Virus record (IMG/VR): IMGVR_UViG_3300032373_001183
Coordinates: 1-25,377 of that record
DNA from: a virus
Lineage: Duplodnaviria; Caudoviricetes
Strand: one strand, 5' to 3'
DNA: 25,377 bases
Shown: one piece after another, positions 24,937-25,377 of the stretch
Numbering within the stretch: the first letter of the stretch is position 1
Layout of the letters: every line of letters begins with the position of its first letter
Notes under the pieces: generated by a model
What the model saw: only the letters and a program-made list of their open reading frames with translations
Databases searched by the model: none
What the model was told of the DNA's origin: nothing
Made by a program: the position numbers and the translations under genes

Positions 24937-25377
24937 ATGCGTCACATCACACAAGAAGGCTTAAACCTGATCAAGCACTTTGAAGGATTTGAGCCAGAAA
25001 TCTATCTCGATGCTGCAGGCTTACCCACCATTGGCTATGGTCACCTGATCCGCAAAGGCGAGCATAAAATGTTCGAAAATGGCATTTCTGAAGCCGCTGG
25101 CGAAGCATTGCTCATTAAGGATGTGCTGCTGGCTGAACAAGCCGTATGTAGGCTAATCAACGTGTCACTCACTAACGGGCAATTTGATGCGCTGGTGTCA
25201 TTCACGTTCAACCTCGGCAGCGGCGCTCTGCAACGCTCTACGCTCCGCCGTAAAGTAAACCGAGAAGAACACGAGGAAGTGCCTGAGCAATTGCTGCGAT
25301 GGGTATGGGCTGGAGGCAGAAAGCTGCGCGGTCTTATCAGACGGAGAAAAAGGGAAGCTCTACTTTATCAAGCCTAG
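24937..25377 (+). CDS. Endolysin, GH24 lysozyme
   Basis: 'IKHFEG...YLDAAGLPTIGYGH', 'QFDALVSFTFNLG' and 'GLIRRR'. Confidence 0.95.
   Translation: MRHITQEGLNLIKHFEGFEPEIYLDAAGLPTIGYGHLIRKGEHKMFENGISEAAGEALLIKDVLLAEQAVCRLINVSLTNGQFDALVSFTFNLGSGALQRSTLRRKVNREEHEEVPEQLLRWVWAGGRKLRGLIRRRKREALLYQA

Larger units (their letters stand above)
1..25377 (+). mobile_element. Prophage/temperate siphovirus late region (lambda-like packaging and head, RcGTA-like tail, lysis), extending beyond the window
   Basis: Co-linear terminase, portal, capsid, tail, tape measure, baseplate, holin and endolysin genes. No integrase or att site lies in the window. Confidence 0.96.

Noticed and set aside
237-24964. Numerous alternative-frame and antisense ORFs in the ORF track (for example 8677-9300, 9411-9884, 5097-5564)
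   Set aside because: They overlap well-supported genes and show no RBS or recognisable motifs; they are treated as shadow ORFs.

Overview
The window is the packaging, morphogenesis and lysis arm of a temperate siphovirus or prophage. The host is probably an alphaproteobacterium, inferred from the RcGTA-type tail genes. Core order on the + strand: gpZ-like gene, lambda-type cos region, ParB-methyltransferase, terminase small and large (Nu1/gpA type), gpW, lambda-family portal, protease-capsid fusion, DUF2190, gpFII-like, gpU-like (1-nt frameshift), tail tube, chaperone with a -1 frameshift, tape measure, DUF2460, DUF2163, NlpC/P60, GTA-type megatron, DUF2793, two holin-like genes and a GH24 endolysin. 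Accessory genes are inserted one or two at a time between core genes: a SIR2-domain gene plus DUF3489, the arsenite exporter acr3, an unknown His-rich membrane protein, mntP with a complete yybP-ykoY Mn2+ riboswitch, a 98-aa ORF and a COG2958/HrgA-like nuclease-fold gene. The main points of interest are: (1) a metal/metalloid efflux set interleaved with tail genes, two of them inserted at stop/start overlaps that leave orphaned RBSs; (2) a Mn riboswitch lying in the sense direction inside the late operon, upstream of the fibre and lysis genes; (3) a promoter-like motif shared by two small genes about 20 kb apart; (4) a 10-bp-phased GTTGC array near terS. All family assignments come from motif recognition by eye; no database search was run.
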